64,000 nt of DNA from Tubulanus polymorphus (Eukaryota; Animalia; Nemertea): positions 26,222,345-26,286,344 of the forward strand of contig NC_134028.1 in the NCBI RefSeq assembly GCF_964204645.1. Reading direction: 5' to 3'. A model generated the notes under the pieces. The model was not told where the DNA came from. It saw nothing but the letters and a program-made list of their open reading frames with translations, and did not search any database. Made by a program: the position numbers and the translations under genes. Of this stretch, positions 26,601-41,600 are shown in pieces (position 1 is the stretch's first letter; each line of letters begins with the position of its first letter).

Positions 26601-29600
26601 CATGAACAGCATGGATTCCGCGTCAATTTGCTTTGAGATCTTTGTTAGAATGTGGAATCACTGAAGTCATCTCAATCCGACAGCTTGAGCTGCGATCACA
26701 CTAGCATTTTAGGCTGGTACCTGTTTGGCCCGACCAAAAACGTCTGACCAGGCACTTCACTCTCACTTTGGTTTGTTTAACATAGTTTAGCGCTCTCGAA
26801 TTAGACACGGCCAAATTACATTCGGGCCTGGTCCGGGCCAAATTGTTTCAGTGTTATCGTGGTTTTAGATGGACTAAAGTGACGTTAGGTGTTGCCTGTT
26901 GCATGTCAAATGTAGTTATTAGTAAAAGCATGTACCGCATGTTTATAGGGAGATCGTGGACCTAAAGGTTTAGCAGGAATCTTACCTCCTGAATGGGACG
27001 GGAAGATAGAAGCTTTGAAGGTATGTGATAATGGATGCTGAGACGAGTTTAAATATACAAATAAACGCAAATTTGCATGAAGTGACTTTATTCATTGCAT
27101 GAAATATTAATCATCTTCCTCGAAACTCTTTCGTCATATGTTCATAATTTTTATGTAATAGCTTATTTTCTAATGTAGCGAACTGCATATTTTCTCATAC
27201 ACTGTTAGATCAATTTGGCTCAGTTACTTTCTGAGTAAATACCAAACTTCTATCTACGGATCTTTTTATAGTTTAGATGAATAAAATGATTGAATGCATT
27301 AATTGCAGGGTGAACCGGGTGAATCTGGATTACCAGGACCTGCTGGCCCAGCCGGTACGACAGGATTACCAGGATTCGATGGATTACCCGGTAATCCAGG
27401 ACAAGCTGTAAGTTTATATACTGCGCTGTGAGTGCAGACCATAGATAAATCTCATCCGTATCATAATTGTGAGAATTCATATTTTAGGGCCCTAAAGGAG
27501 ATCGTGGTCAACCCGTAAGTACCATATACATTTCTGATCCACAATCGCCATCTAACTTCAAATTGGGCATGTACCATAGTCATTGTTCAAACAGTAGTTG
27601 TAGAATTAGGTCTATTATTACAAAAATAGGATATTTGTCTCAAACTCATTTTTGTTTAATTTGCGTTTTGAATACTTTGTTTCAGGGACTTCCTGGAAAG
27701 GATGGACAACCAGGCATGGCTGTATGTACAAAAATCTTAGTTGCTAAATTAGATATCAAATTCTGAATTGCTGCTAAATGTGTGTATTTCACTGATTTGT
27801 ATTTTTAGGGCCAACCCGGACCACAAGGACAACCAGGCCCATCAGTAAGTATAGAGACTCGTAGACTCGTAGACCCAGTCAGTGTGTATAGAATTTATAA
27901 CCGATGTTTATGACTGATGAATCTTTAGGGTAGTAAAGGCGATGCTGGACGCGACGGAGCACCTGGTTACCGAGGCGATCCCGGTTATCCCGGTATTCCC
28001 GGCAGTAAAGGAGAAATCGGTAAAATAGGACCTCACGGGCTTCCGGGTGATCGCGGGTCAACGGGCCATGCGGGTAAACCGGGTCCACCCGGTATAAGAG
28101 GGCCCAAAGGTCCCCCTGGTCCAATAGGCCCAGCTGTAAGTCTGTTTTACACTGTCAGCATGCAGCATGATTCCTACAATTATTTCTATCCAGCAGTTTT
28201 CTTTTCGATAAAAAGTTCCAACCCATCAATGTTCTTTATTCATGATCACAGGAGTCTGTGAATGAATCTGCATCAATTACTGATTGATATCGAATCAGTG
28301 CATGATGATGATATTATTCCATAGGAAAAAATTCCAAAATAGAATTTTATAGATCTTTCTGATTCTGATCATTTCACCTGATGATGGTAATGAATATGAA
28401 ATCGGAAATCGAAGTACTGATATAGTTATGTGACCAGCGGTCGAAATTTACTGAATTTGTTGTTGAAATTGAAGTGCATAATTGGAAATTTCAGTTCCAG
28501 TTCATGTTGATAACCTTGCAACCTTGTGGGTGATTATTTTAACGTAGGAGTCAAATCTTAATTCACAACTGTAGAACTGTATCCAGAATCCTAGTTATTC
28601 CTGTGTAAATCCTACTACTTTGTTTAAAATTTTCTATGTCATTGCAGTTTTATCAATTTTTCAATCATGCTATATGTGAAATTGTTATTTAGGGTCAGAA
28701 AGGAGAGCGTGGTGATGCAGGACAGGCCAATATAGCAAGCAGCGGTAGCAGTTTCCCAGGAGTGATGTTAGAAGGACCGCCTGGTCCTCCTGGCCCGCGT
28801 GGAATTCCCGGAAAGAAGGTACGTTTATCAAACTGTCAGAAAAAAATATACCAATAGAAAATAATGGTTCAAATTATGTCGAAAATTATTCAAATTTTTG
28901 CAGTAATTGATAAAATGAAGGTGGTTTTTGTGTCTGCTCAATTGACTCAGTCTTCACCTGCACTTAAAGCACCAATACTCATATATTTATCTGCACAGTT
29001 TTCTATATTATCTGTCGTCATTTCTCTTTCTCTGATTGAAGTATTTTTAGTTTGTTTTTTGAGTTTATGATTCTCGCACCTGCATTTGCTGTTCATGAAT
29101 ACAGTCAATCTCGCCTCAGTCATCGACGGATTTAAAGTTATCCCATTAACGTTCCGAATTCATCTCTATCTTTTGAGTCACAGGCCCCAGTTGCTGATAT
29201 CCTTTTTAAAGCCCAACGCACATGCGCAGTAGTATCCATACCTCATACTATAACCCGCGAGGCATGGAACAACAGAAACTTGAGAAACAAGCATTTCCAT
29301 ACGTCATGCGCATTTATGAGAAATGAAAAATGTAGTTTGGGAACAACTTATATCAACTTCTGAACAATTGGCCCCAGCTTACTAAATGCAAGAAGTTGAC
29401 ATTTGGATAAGTCGTGAAAGGTAATGATCGAGCCCCACCTATGACTTAAGTGAGATTGACTGTATTTAAGTAGCATGTTTTATGATAATAGCAGTATTAC
29501 TAGTGCTTGCAGCCTGCAGCCACCATGCAAAGACTTTCCAAAACAAAATGAATTGAGATTTTCACGCATTCTCTGGCTGCTTATTCCTCCGGATCCAGTT

Positions 29601-32600
29601 CCATAGTTGATATTTACAGTTAATTCTGAGTTAGAATTAGCTAAGTTTCAACCGAGTTAACTCTTAGTCAAATCTTAACCAGGAACTGTGGAACTGGGTC
29701 CCGTCGTTTTGATTTTGTTCTTCTGATTTTCTTCTTAACTTGTTTATTGTTTCTTTGCATGCTGGCCGTGGTTCTAAATTTAAAAAACGCGCGTAGAAAC
29801 GAGCCAAAACTTGTAAAATCGAAGTCGTACCGCTGAATGGTCGCCGGGGACGACGCAGCAGACGTCGTTATACTCGATGCATGCGTCGCCGGGGACGACG
29901 ACATCGCATGCGTTCGGTGTTGCGTACTCTTACGCACGGTCTGCCAGAAATTGTCATTAAACCGAAGGTACAATGAGCTTATGTAGCTGATTATTACTAT
30001 TCTGTAGCTTGTTATTAATCGAGAAATTTTCTACTTTTATTTAACGGCTTCATACAATATCGCGATAACTGATCACTGATAACTGAACTGCTTTTGAAAT
30101 TAGATTTTTAATTCATGGGCCAGTTCTACGGGCAAGACTTATACGGGTATCAATCTGCTGCATGGGCTCGGCTCCCTGTTTAGACATTCAATACTCTTTC
30201 ACCATTCATCACAGTTTTTGATCATCCAGACTTCAAACATGTGAGAATGGACTTATGTGCGGCATATCTCATGTAAATATTTCCGATCGAATATGAAGTA
30301 AAAACATCAGACATCTGATGGGTATTCTGTCCAAAACTGATCATTCGCACTTCACAGTTAGATGGTGAATGTCAAAAGGAGTCGTACAAAGGCTGCATAT
30401 TGATAGCGGTATTATGATAAGACTCTTTTGTGACAATCAGTTGAAGATTTGAGATCATTTTTCAGGGTTTAAGTCTTGACTGAATAACTGAGCCCTGTTT
30501 AAAAGCGCTTTTAGTGCAAATTTCTATTCATCTCAACATTTCTGTACCTATCTCTCTGAAATCTTTTCTGTCCCATCTTTCTTTCAAACTCTTCTTTTCC
30601 TCAAAATCTCATCAAAATTTTAAATTTCAAACGTAAAAGATTCGAGTTCTGTAGTTTTCATACTGTAATAATGCATACACAGGGTGATGTTGGGCCTAAG
30701 GGAATGATAGGTCTACCCGGTCAACAAGGACCTCGAGGAAAACGGGGAAAGAAGGTATGACATTCAGAATAATGCATGAATCGTCTCAGTCTCTCTCACT
30801 CAGTATAGACAGGAATAGACATCGCTTCTAGTCAAATAATGGATAAAACAAGACAACTTCATCAATAGATAATAGACACAAATCATTATTACCTCCATAA
30901 ATCCCTATAACTCTTTAAATCACTTGCAAAGTTAAACACGTTTAGAAAAGATCATATGAAAATTGGTGCTAGCGTATTTTATCATATTGTATTGTATCGT
31001 ATTCTGTGGAATGAGTTGATGCATCTTTCTATAGAAATTATGGAAGCCCGTCGGTGAAGATTTTGAATATAAAAGTTTGACATGGTAACCTGAGATTTGA
31101 CGTGATAAGTCGAAATCATGAAAAAATCATCTCATATGTCACCAATGGGCTTCCGTAGGATACGCATAAACTTTTTAGTATTCTTATCTGAGATTTTACA
31201 ATTCAGTTAGATTTAGTGCAAAATGATACTTAGATATTTATGTATGTGATAATGGTTGCATTTTATGGAATGTAAAACTGTGATGTAATATAAACTGTAT
31301 TGAAATTGGAATGATGCTTGTTAAACCAAACCTGCATGCCTTTAGAAGTTTCTCTGCACTTAGTTTCAGACACAAATATACCTGTAAATGTAATATGTTA
31401 ATGAAATGATTAGAATAGTCTTTAGCGTTTGTAAGACATTTTCTGTAACAGTTTTGGGTCGTTGTTTAGGTTAAAGGTGACAAAGGCGAAGCAGGTGTCA
31501 ATGGATTAGTTGGACCTCGTGGTCCTAAAGGCAGCCAAGGTTTCCGTGGTCTTCCCGGACCGAGGGTATAAAAATTTAGTTCTCAGCATGTTTCGAATTC
31601 CCAAATAAGTCGTTGAGTCTATTGTTGACAATCTCGATCGGTATTCTAGTTTCAAATTGACACAAATTTGAAACAAGTCTCAAGTTCAAAATGTTTCAAA
31701 TTCATCCCATATATATTTACATATTGTTCAAAGCTTGTATTTCATATATACAAAGCATCAGATGTTGTTTTTTATCACAACCGTTAATTTTCAATTAGCT
31801 GTTCTCACATCTCTGCTTAGATTGTTTGATTTTCTTTGATGATTTATATTTTTGCTCATTCGTCTTAGATATAGATATTCATAGACGGCACTTATTGCAG
31901 TCTAGCCTGTATAAAGAGGTACTTGCTATAGAATCCTGCATGAAATTGGGCAAAAATTGTTTTATTTTTTCGAAGAATATCTTGTTCGCTTTTTATACTT
32001 TTACAAATATATATGTACATATGTATATAAGATATTAGCATGGTACTTCTGTTGTTCAGTGCATTTGTTAAGTATCCTGTTGTTGAAGGTATCAATTGAA
32101 GTACCTTACGAGGGGATCTAAGTTTATAGCACCTAGGGTTGGCTATTGCTCTGGACACCTTGGGTAACAGCCGACTAACCCTAGGGCTTGTGTATAATGG
32201 ACTAACCCAAAACTGCTGGGTTCCCAGAGTCAAATTGAACCCACACATCTGTGGAACTATGGGTCCAAACAAAAATACCTCGAGAAAGACTAATTTCATC
32301 CCGGAAACTGTGCACTTTATCTTATTAGAAATTTTCTTTAGTTCAAAATAGTAAAGCGAACCCTAAAGAGACCCCTCAGTTTAAGGAGTCTCCTACAATA
32401 CAATACTTATATATTTATATGAGAGATTGAATATATGTTACTGATACTGTTCTTCCTCGAAGGGTGAAACAGGAGAACGAGGATTACCAGGTTTAGACGG
32501 TCTCGACGGTGAACCCGGTATACAAGGCCCTCCAGTGAGTTGCCCAATCTGTGTTTGCATGCAGCCCGATCTACACAACCCCCTCATATCGATGTTGTCT

Positions 32601-35600
32601 GGTGGCTATTGGTGGCAGCTTTCTACTCGGTGAAAATATCGCTGACTTGTATTTAGAAGTGTTTTCAAGACTGTAAGGTTTTCTGCAACTTCCCTGGGTT
32701 TATGCTTGATGCAGAGATGCTAGTTTTCCGGAAATATCCGGAATTTCGGAAATTTAGGATCGCCGATGTCAATAAGACCAGGTCAAATACGGTAGTGGCG
32801 GGAAAAAAGATATTCTTCGTCACCTGGATAGCGCGCGGCATAAGAAGGCAGCGAGGGATGTGAAGCACAACGAATGCCTGCCGTCGTATTTTCAGATGAA
32901 AGATGCCGATCGTGACACTGCATCTCCGGCGATGCAAAAACGCCCGTTCTAAATTCCGGAATTTTGGTACTTTGGCCCTAGCATCTCTGTTGATAAATCA
33001 GTCTTGAATTCACTTCGTAGCTTGTGAACTGGTAAATCGTTTTGAGTGTAAAAAGTTTAATAAATCATTGAAAATAAAGGTATAATGTTTCATCATCCTG
33101 GATCCAAATACACAGCTCCAGTTAAAAGTTGATTCTCAAGGCTTAAAACATTGGAAATGAACTAGTTTTAACCTTTCAGTGCATCTACACTGCAGTGCGG
33201 TGTATAAATCGATGATGGATTTTGCTAGTATACCGCATTGCATTGTACCGATGTGATTATTTATTAGGTTACATCTCTATCAAAAGGTGGCAGCACCTCT
33301 TATAGGCAGAACCTAACGGTGACATATCAGTAACTAAGGATACACCGCACGGAGGTGGAATCTTTTAAAATTAACAAATTATCTCCAGCACTTTTGGGTA
33401 TTAATTAGTCAGCGCTGAAAGTCTAGAGAGTCAAATTTAACCTAGAACGGTGGAACTGGGTCCCAGGGCAAAGAATGTACTTGGTTTGATGTGCTATTTT
33501 TTGGTAGATCGTAGATAATATGAAAATCATCAAGAATCTTTCGTCTCAAAGTTTCAAATGAAGTGTTGAATATTTTGGAAAAAATGAATTTTCGATTATC
33601 TCCTAGATTCTTGATTATCTTTATCTTTGTGATGCTCAATTTAAAAACGGTTGCCCGCTGATGAATGGAGATCATCAGTGTTTGACTCGCGATACTAGTT
33701 TATTAATTGTATTAATATATGTTCACTTGCAGCAAAAATGCTTAAGTCATCGCAGCACAGTTCAAACACCAAACTCATCACAACCAACACAAATAATTAT
33801 CTCGTCTAATACCGTTATTATTATTGTCAAGTCGTTTTCACCTAAAAAGATTTTCATGACACGTACTAAAAATACATCGCTACCTCAAATAATGAATAAT
33901 CAAGACGCAGCTCCAGATTTCTCGACTCTTAAAACCCAACGCACATGACGCACACGGAAACACAGAAACAGAAATTGTTTCCGGGCGTATGCATTTATGA
34001 GAAACAAGAAACATAGTTTTGGGAACATTTCCCAGATCAAACACGTTTGCTTCTGTGTGTTTCCCTGCTTTGTGTGCTTTGGACATCAGGAAATTAGTTA
34101 ATATTCAATCCCTTTTTCACTATAGATAGAAAAATTTCAACCGAGATCTCTGGAACTGGGTTCAGAATCATGAAAAATCCAAACACCTGTAATTAACATA
34201 AAACTGAGATAAATTGTCTCTCTTTTTCTCTTGATAATCTTCTCTTCTATCTATTGATTCACTATTCTGCACATGTATCAGTTTTGCTTTCTGGCTTGTT
34301 AGGGACCGATGGGTAACAAGGGCTCGCCCGGTGATATGGGATTACCAGGCCGAGACGGCTCAATAGGAAATCCTGGCCTGCCCGGTCCTCCAGTAAGTAT
34401 CCCGACTATTCACTACGCAATCATCACTCTGCTAACTCGCTATAGCTTTCATTTGAAAAACATAATCAATAAATGAATCACATTTCAGGACGTGTTCTAT
34501 TTTCTGGGATATATGATCATTTTCTCGTTGTTTTCTGCAGGGTGAACCAGGAATACTTCAAATGGAAAATGGAGATGTGAATTTGGTAAGAACCGTTAGA
34601 TTTATTCATTTATTAGACCTGATAAAACATACAATATGATTATAGCTGCGATCACATGAGTATTTTCAGCCCAGCCAAATTAGGCCTGGAACAACACTGT
34701 ACCATACCAAATCATCTCTGTGTGATCGCGGCACCTTGTATTTATATGTACATATATCATCAATTATCAACCTCTAATATTTTGTAGATTCCAGGACCAC
34801 CCGGTCCGTCTGGTCCACGAGTAAGTGCTATTTAAAGTAATCAATTGATAAATCACCCCATAGATTCAAATGCCTTCACCTTGGTGGTAGTAGTGGTGGT
34901 GGTGGGATGCTGCGTACTTTCTGGAACTCGCTCTGCTGAAGAGGCAATATTTCTGTCTTAATGCCACTATGAATCTTGATGAAAGGGAAATCCCACAATT
35001 TGAAGAATGAAAATTTGAAAATTGAGAAGATTATTGTTACCACAACATTCCGCCGTTTACAAACAGTGCCATCATCGCGGGGCAATGTTGATATTACATC
35101 AGTTTTTGTCTGGATCTCAATATTTCTGCTGTAGTTGTTTTACGGCTTTCTAAGCTCATATATTCTAATGATAATTCTGTGTGCCGTTGTTTAGGGACCT
35201 ATGGGATTACAAGGTCCACCCGGTATTAAGGTAGGTTTTCTGTGTGCCCCGAGTGGTGAGTGTGATGCATGTTTCTGAAAATATTTAGTGAAAATATTGA
35301 AATCAAGAAAACAAGTCCTTCGCAAATGAAATAAACTACGAATCTTCCAGTAGATCAGGATCCAGTTTCCATTTGATAAAGAGTTAAATAAAGACATTTC
35401 AACATCACTTAAAACTGCTATTAACAATTGTCATTTGCAAAATGAAATTGTATTCAGGGATCATTGGGAAGACAAGGACAAAAAGGAGAAGTGGTAAGAA
35501 ATCTGCGGAAATGATTGTTTGATTACATAATATCACAATCACTGCTCGTTACGATTCCAGTTACTGAATCCAGTTCTAAATTTATGGTTTAGAGTCAATA

Positions 35601-38600
35601 TAAAGAGTGTGGATCCAGTTCCAGTGATCGCAGTTAAGTTGACTCTAGAGTTGAATTATTCATTGAAAAAATATCTTAACTATGAAAGTCAAGTCTTAAC
35701 CATTCCAGTACGTCTAAACCCTTGTTGTGTGTAAATTGGAGATAAACTTTACTTGTACATCGCATCACGGTGTATTGATGCTATTAGAAATAAGTTTTTA
35801 CCGCACACGGCAATGGGATGGAATTTTTCACTTTCAGATATTAATTAGTCGCCACTGAAAGGGTTATATCCGAACTGTGGAAATGGTTCCAGTTATTCAA
35901 TTCTGATTTAAGATTCAAGATAGAATTTAAATAATTTCATTTCAACTCTAAGTCTATGAGTCAAACCTTAAACCAGAATTGCGGTGCTGGGTCCAGCTTT
36001 TTAGCGCATATCTGCAGGACTCTTGTTCTTAAACTGGAATTCTAACAGGTTGTGTGAGATAAAATACACACGATCTTACTTTCGTTTGAACCCAAAAAGT
36101 TTATCTAAGCACCGAATTCAAATATAATTTTATGTGCACTGATTTACACGTTTTAGAAATGTTTCAAATATAATTAATTGTCACTATCAAATAAAATTGC
36201 CATGCAAAAATAATGAAGAAAAGTTTTAACAAAACGCCAAACATTTCATAATGATAAATACTGAATGACTGTTTAGATTTATTACATGATAAAATTGTGA
36301 TTAAAATGTTTTATTAAAAAATCTGATGAATTAGTGATTGTAGTTTGAGTAGAAGACAGGGATATAACAGATACAGAGTGTTGCACAACCGTCGTTTGTT
36401 ACACGTGTGTTCCAAAACAAAAAAAACGTCTTCGTTAGAATCTTGTCAACCATAAAACAAAACAAAAAAAACATTTTAATTTTAATACCTCTTTTGTTAA
36501 AATTCGTAACTTTTTGTTTAAACGAATATTAAACTTTAAAAGAGAAAAACCCACCAAATTCCGACACAAAAACTTTTAAAAATTTTGGTGGTTGACAAGA
36601 ATCAACTTTATTTTGATAAAAACAACTAAAAACATTTAGAGTAAAATTCGAGAGTTTTGGATAGAAAAATAATCAACTGACTTTACAAATTAATAATTAA
36701 ACAGCCACCCTTCGCTTTATTGAATGTTTTAACAATGTTGCAAGACTGAAATAAACTCATATCATAGTTAACTATTAATTAAACTAATTTCATACCATTT
36801 CAAAATGCCAAATTTCACTTGATAATCAATAGTTTTTGTATGATAGAAACTGGTTTTGAAGATAATTTGGTGTCGCACATTAACAATCAGACTACATCTC
36901 TATATAGACAAATTAGTGCATGGTTCGTTTGCATGTGTCTGAGTGCTTGTGATTCCCTTTCCAACACCCCTTGCCTCCGATTGGCATGTTGATACGAGTA
37001 ATTTCGATCTAGTTTTCAAGAATTTTTTGACTTCCATTCTTTCGTTTGAAATTTATAAAAGGCTATAGTTGGAAACTCAGAATGCAGCCTGTTGAAATTT
37101 TGTCTTCCATTTTCGTCTCTTGTCAGTTTTGTTGCATGTTGCATGGATTCTTGTTTTGACTGACCACTGTATCTGTGAATAACAGCAACTCGCGGTAATG
37201 AGGAAGTTTTGTACTGGTATAGTGTTTGTATCCCTGTCTCCCCTCTTGGTTTGTACAATACATCATCAACGCGCAGGGAATCAATCTCCAAAAAGCGATC
37301 GTCCCTCGGCGACGATTCAAACCTGATGATATCGTGAGACTCTGCCACGTTACAAACTCCTGCCCAAATAGACCCGGCGCGCATATAGTTGCGCAGTTTG
37401 CCGATGAAAAATATTCCAACCCAATCAGATTGCCTGTTTGCTTTATAACTCTTTCAGTGTGAAATATAAATACCATATTGAATGTTAGAAAAATGGCTTA
37501 TAATGACATCACGGCATTGTAGTCAGGAGTACTAAGGCAGTCGTTTAATGCCCATCAGTTGGGAATGCCTGTCCCTATGGGAGTATGAAGAATTGCGGAC
37601 AGCACTGTCCCAGTACAATAGTGAGCCTACTGAGGATTACAGAAATCAACAAACCAAAGAAGATCAAAGTTTTGTTGAATGGAGAATTAAGGTGAAATCC
37701 TTGGTTCATGTTTGAATCCTGCTGAATGAGGAATGTGGCAGAGTCTCTCGATGCTATCAGGTTCGAATCCCGGCCGAGATAGGATGGAAATTCCCAGAGA
37801 TTCTATATTCATGATCGAATCCACACTAGAAACGTTATTACAGATTATTCAGCGATATCGCTAACAAAAATAAATTCAGATATGCGTTTGAAACGCGTGG
37901 GATGATGTACTGTATTTAGAGGGTTTGAACTATGTTTCACTGATCACCCGTCTCTGACTCTATAGGAGTTGAGTCTCTTTAGTCTTTGTCGCTTACTGTG
38001 ATCGATGTTGTCACTAATACACTAGAATCGTGAAAATTGTTTTTTTTTGTGCTGGCATTGTTTTAGGGTAACAAGGGTGATCGTGGCCTGTCCGGATCAA
38101 TTGGATTACCTGTAAGTCTGTATATATACGCATGCCCCTGAGCCCCGTGAAACCCGGTCAAACCTCGTTCCTTGTTCTGTGTTTTCTATGTCTACGGTTT
38201 TTCATATCCTAGCATTCAAAAACACAGTTGGTTTTTCTGATCCTAGGAATGAACAACTCGAACTATTTATTCTCGTTAAATTTTGATGATGGGTATAATT
38301 GCATCTATTATTCGCATTCTTGTTTTATTGTGGATCCTCTGTATCAGTTGCGTTGAGAAAAATTAATGCTTTTATCATCGCGTCACGTCAAGGTTAACAA
38401 TTGATATTCAGCTAAATACATCTTGTTAAATTGGTGCTGTACAGTTTGATTGCTCTATCGAGGTCTCCAGGAGTTACTGCCATCTACAGTATATACGATG
38501 AACTAATATTTCTCGTATAGCCCTGTTTTTGATGTATATTGGACAATTTTTATACTTTATGCGATTGATTTCTCGCTGCATCCTTTTTATAATGATGTTC

Positions 38601-41600
38601 GACTGAGAAAAAATCTTCCGAATGAAGATATACTGATGAATTTCACCTGCAACATAAATCTAATCCGGTATTTTTGATTGAATTCTAAGAAGTCGAACAT
38701 TCCTGTCTTCATTCTCAGAGTAGTAATAAGTGGTTAACCACAATGATCCGGCAACGAGCAATACCTGAATGATGCGTCTGTGAATAAGAGAGTATTTTAA
38801 AAAATCAGCGGAAATTTCTCTACATTCCTTTGCTGTAAAACAGGTTTATAGATTGTCAGGTTGGCAGATTCGAGAGGTCTGGAATTTCAGATTTTTGATA
38901 GTCCGCACATAGTTAGGTCGAAAGATCATTTTAGCTGCACGGCAGACTTCTATCTAAAAAGTGCAAAATAAATAAAGGTTTAGCGTCAACGCATTGTTCA
39001 AATAACAGAGCAGCTAAAATAGGTATTATCATATTACACTGTTTAGAGGTAGTGTGCGCCTGACATTTGGGGAATAAAAATTCCTAATCAATATGTCTGT
39101 AATTTACTGGTTTAACAATCTGGTTAATGGTAATTGTGTATATGACATTGGCATTTATCAAAACAATGGTTTGTAATGATTAAAGGAAAAACTCATAAAG
39201 ATTCTAAACATTCAGGAAAGTGATTTATATCATAAGAAAAAAATGATTGCCTTTTATATAGAAATCATTAAGTTCAGTACGGGTTATAACAGGATATAGA
39301 TACAGTCCCCTGGATCCTTCATATGACATAAACAGAGTAAACTATGGGCGCTTGTATGACAGCAGCTGTCCTTAAAAAGATGCGAGCGCATTAGTCATCG
39401 TTGATAATGTGCTCATTATGTCATATGATATATAGCTAATTCCCAGGCATAGTAACTATACCCATTACCATATCTGAATAATATAGGAACAAACTGATTG
39501 TCACCAATATCTCTGAGAAGTAAATGAGTAAGACTCTGATGCTGTATGTAAATGGCGATATCTTTAAAATCATGTAGCCTTCAGGATTGGAAAAAATCTG
39601 CGTTCGTAAAAAAATATTCGGCTTGTTTGATAGATTGGTGTTAACTTCGATTCAGGGCCGGTTTTGCAGTATTATCTTTAATCCAGGGGTTAACTCGACA
39701 GAAAACGAATTGAGTATGAGTATTTGGGTTCGATTCAATTTCAATTGAGTCGATAGCAATCTATGAAACTGGGTCCTCGGTTTTTCAGTTTCTTAGATGC
39801 CAGAAACAAAGTAAGGGTATGGATACATTGGCAAATAGTGACTTTGGAAAGGGCGGTCAGTAAGTACGTCGATGATCATTCAAGCCAAGCTAAATCTGAA
39901 AAGTTGAAGGTATCCTATAGCTAAAAAGCACTTTGAAAAACTGTGACTACCTTTCAGAGGCATGGTGGCATGCTGTACCATATACCCACTGGTTGTTCTA
40001 AAGAATATACCTAGACACTGCCTGGATTATATCAGCTGATTCAAGTCACGGTTCTAGGATAACCTATTTGTTGTGCGGCCTTTGCACACTGGCCACTATT
40101 TAGCTCTACTTTTTGCAACAACAGACTTTTTTGATTGATAATTTGACATATGATCAGCGATCAAAGGTTTCGGTGATATTTTAAGATGAACAAAGGTTTC
40201 CTTCATCCTATTCAGTAAGTCTATTATAGATAGAACATTTTTGAGGACAGATTGGAAGGCCTTGTTTTAGTGGAGCATCTTACTTCTTTGAGGTCGCGGG
40301 TGTATTTTGAGGGGACCCTATATTTTCAATGGAGTGTTGAAGCAAACATTGGGAAAATGCAAGGAATATTCATTTTTTGTAAATAATGATTCTAAAATGC
40401 ACGAAATACTACCGGTATCTCAAAGCATCCATTTAGGTCCCTGCGACAACAAAACTCTTTCACTAAAGTGCGTCCCCCCTTTCAAATTTCGTAGAATCAG
40501 CCCTGATGATCCAGCACTGATGTCTTATGATCAAATTCTTCAAGCCCTTGTCATTCTTGCTATACTTTAGAAAATTTGATAGATTATGAAAATTGTTTCT
40601 CTGTAAATACGTCAATTCATCGGTTCAGTCATAAGAGACGTCAGAACTGACCTTCCATTCTCTCTCTCCTCACGTGACATGGCTCTGTTACCGGTTTATC
40701 AACCATTCAAATTCAATAACGAAATGTCATATAAAACGTAAGCATTTCAAATCTAAAAGGTTATCTGATAACTCTTTATCTTATTGACGATAGTTGTTAT
40801 AACGTCAATCACCAAAACAACTTCCGATTATGAAAACAAAATGATTTAAATGATTTCTGTAATAATTACCAGGTTTTGTTCAAGGTTGACGTTCTGAGGA
40901 TGTTTTAATTTGGGCCATTGTTATCATAGTAGTGACAATTAACGGTGGCCACTTAATCAGAGAAAAATCAGGGAATTTCTTTTCTTTAAAAAAGTGTAAA
41001 CAGTTTTTATAACTGTGCAACTGGGGCCCTGAATTTTAGACTATGAATAAAATTCAACTGACAACTGAGGAACTGAGCCCTGGAGTTTCATACTTCATTC
41101 CCTTATGAATCTTTGATTGTTTTTTTGTCCTTGATCTTTAATGGTTTACAGGTGACAAATGCTACGTGGTGATATTGAGAAATATATGATTCACTTTAAG
41201 TTGTAAAGAACAATCTAGAAAAGTGCATTGAGAGCGGCTTTTTATATCCGGTTCTTACAACACACAACAAAGCAGAGTTATTCAAACTGTCTCATTGATT
41301 AATCATTTTTTTTACTGAAGAATACGTTATGGAAAAAACCGTTGAATTGAAAGTCACGCGATCTCAATAAAAACTACCGTAAAAATTTATCAGGAACCGA
41401 AAAAAAATGTGGCGAGAGCGAACTTCAAATCTACAGCACCAAATTTCATTCTTCCACTATGTGCACAAACCTCATTTTACATAAACCCGGGTTCTAGACT
41501 TAAATTCTAGGCCTAGAATAATTCGGACCTGGGCTCGGTTTCACAAAAAAGTTAAACTCAAATTTTTGGTGTAATTGCCAATGGTTACTTCATGTTTTCA

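Noticed and set aside
36950-37476. Polinton polymerase-like motifs (NMPIGG; DDIVRL..NPIRLP)
   Set aside because: Motifs lie on opposite strands and are interrupted by stops; too weak without a search.
37516-37641. Twister or hammerhead-like ribozyme
   Set aside because: Some stems are possible, but the conserved catalytic cores are not intact.
37730-37800. tRNA gene
   Set aside because: B box present but no acceptor stem or cloverleaf; treated as SINE-like.
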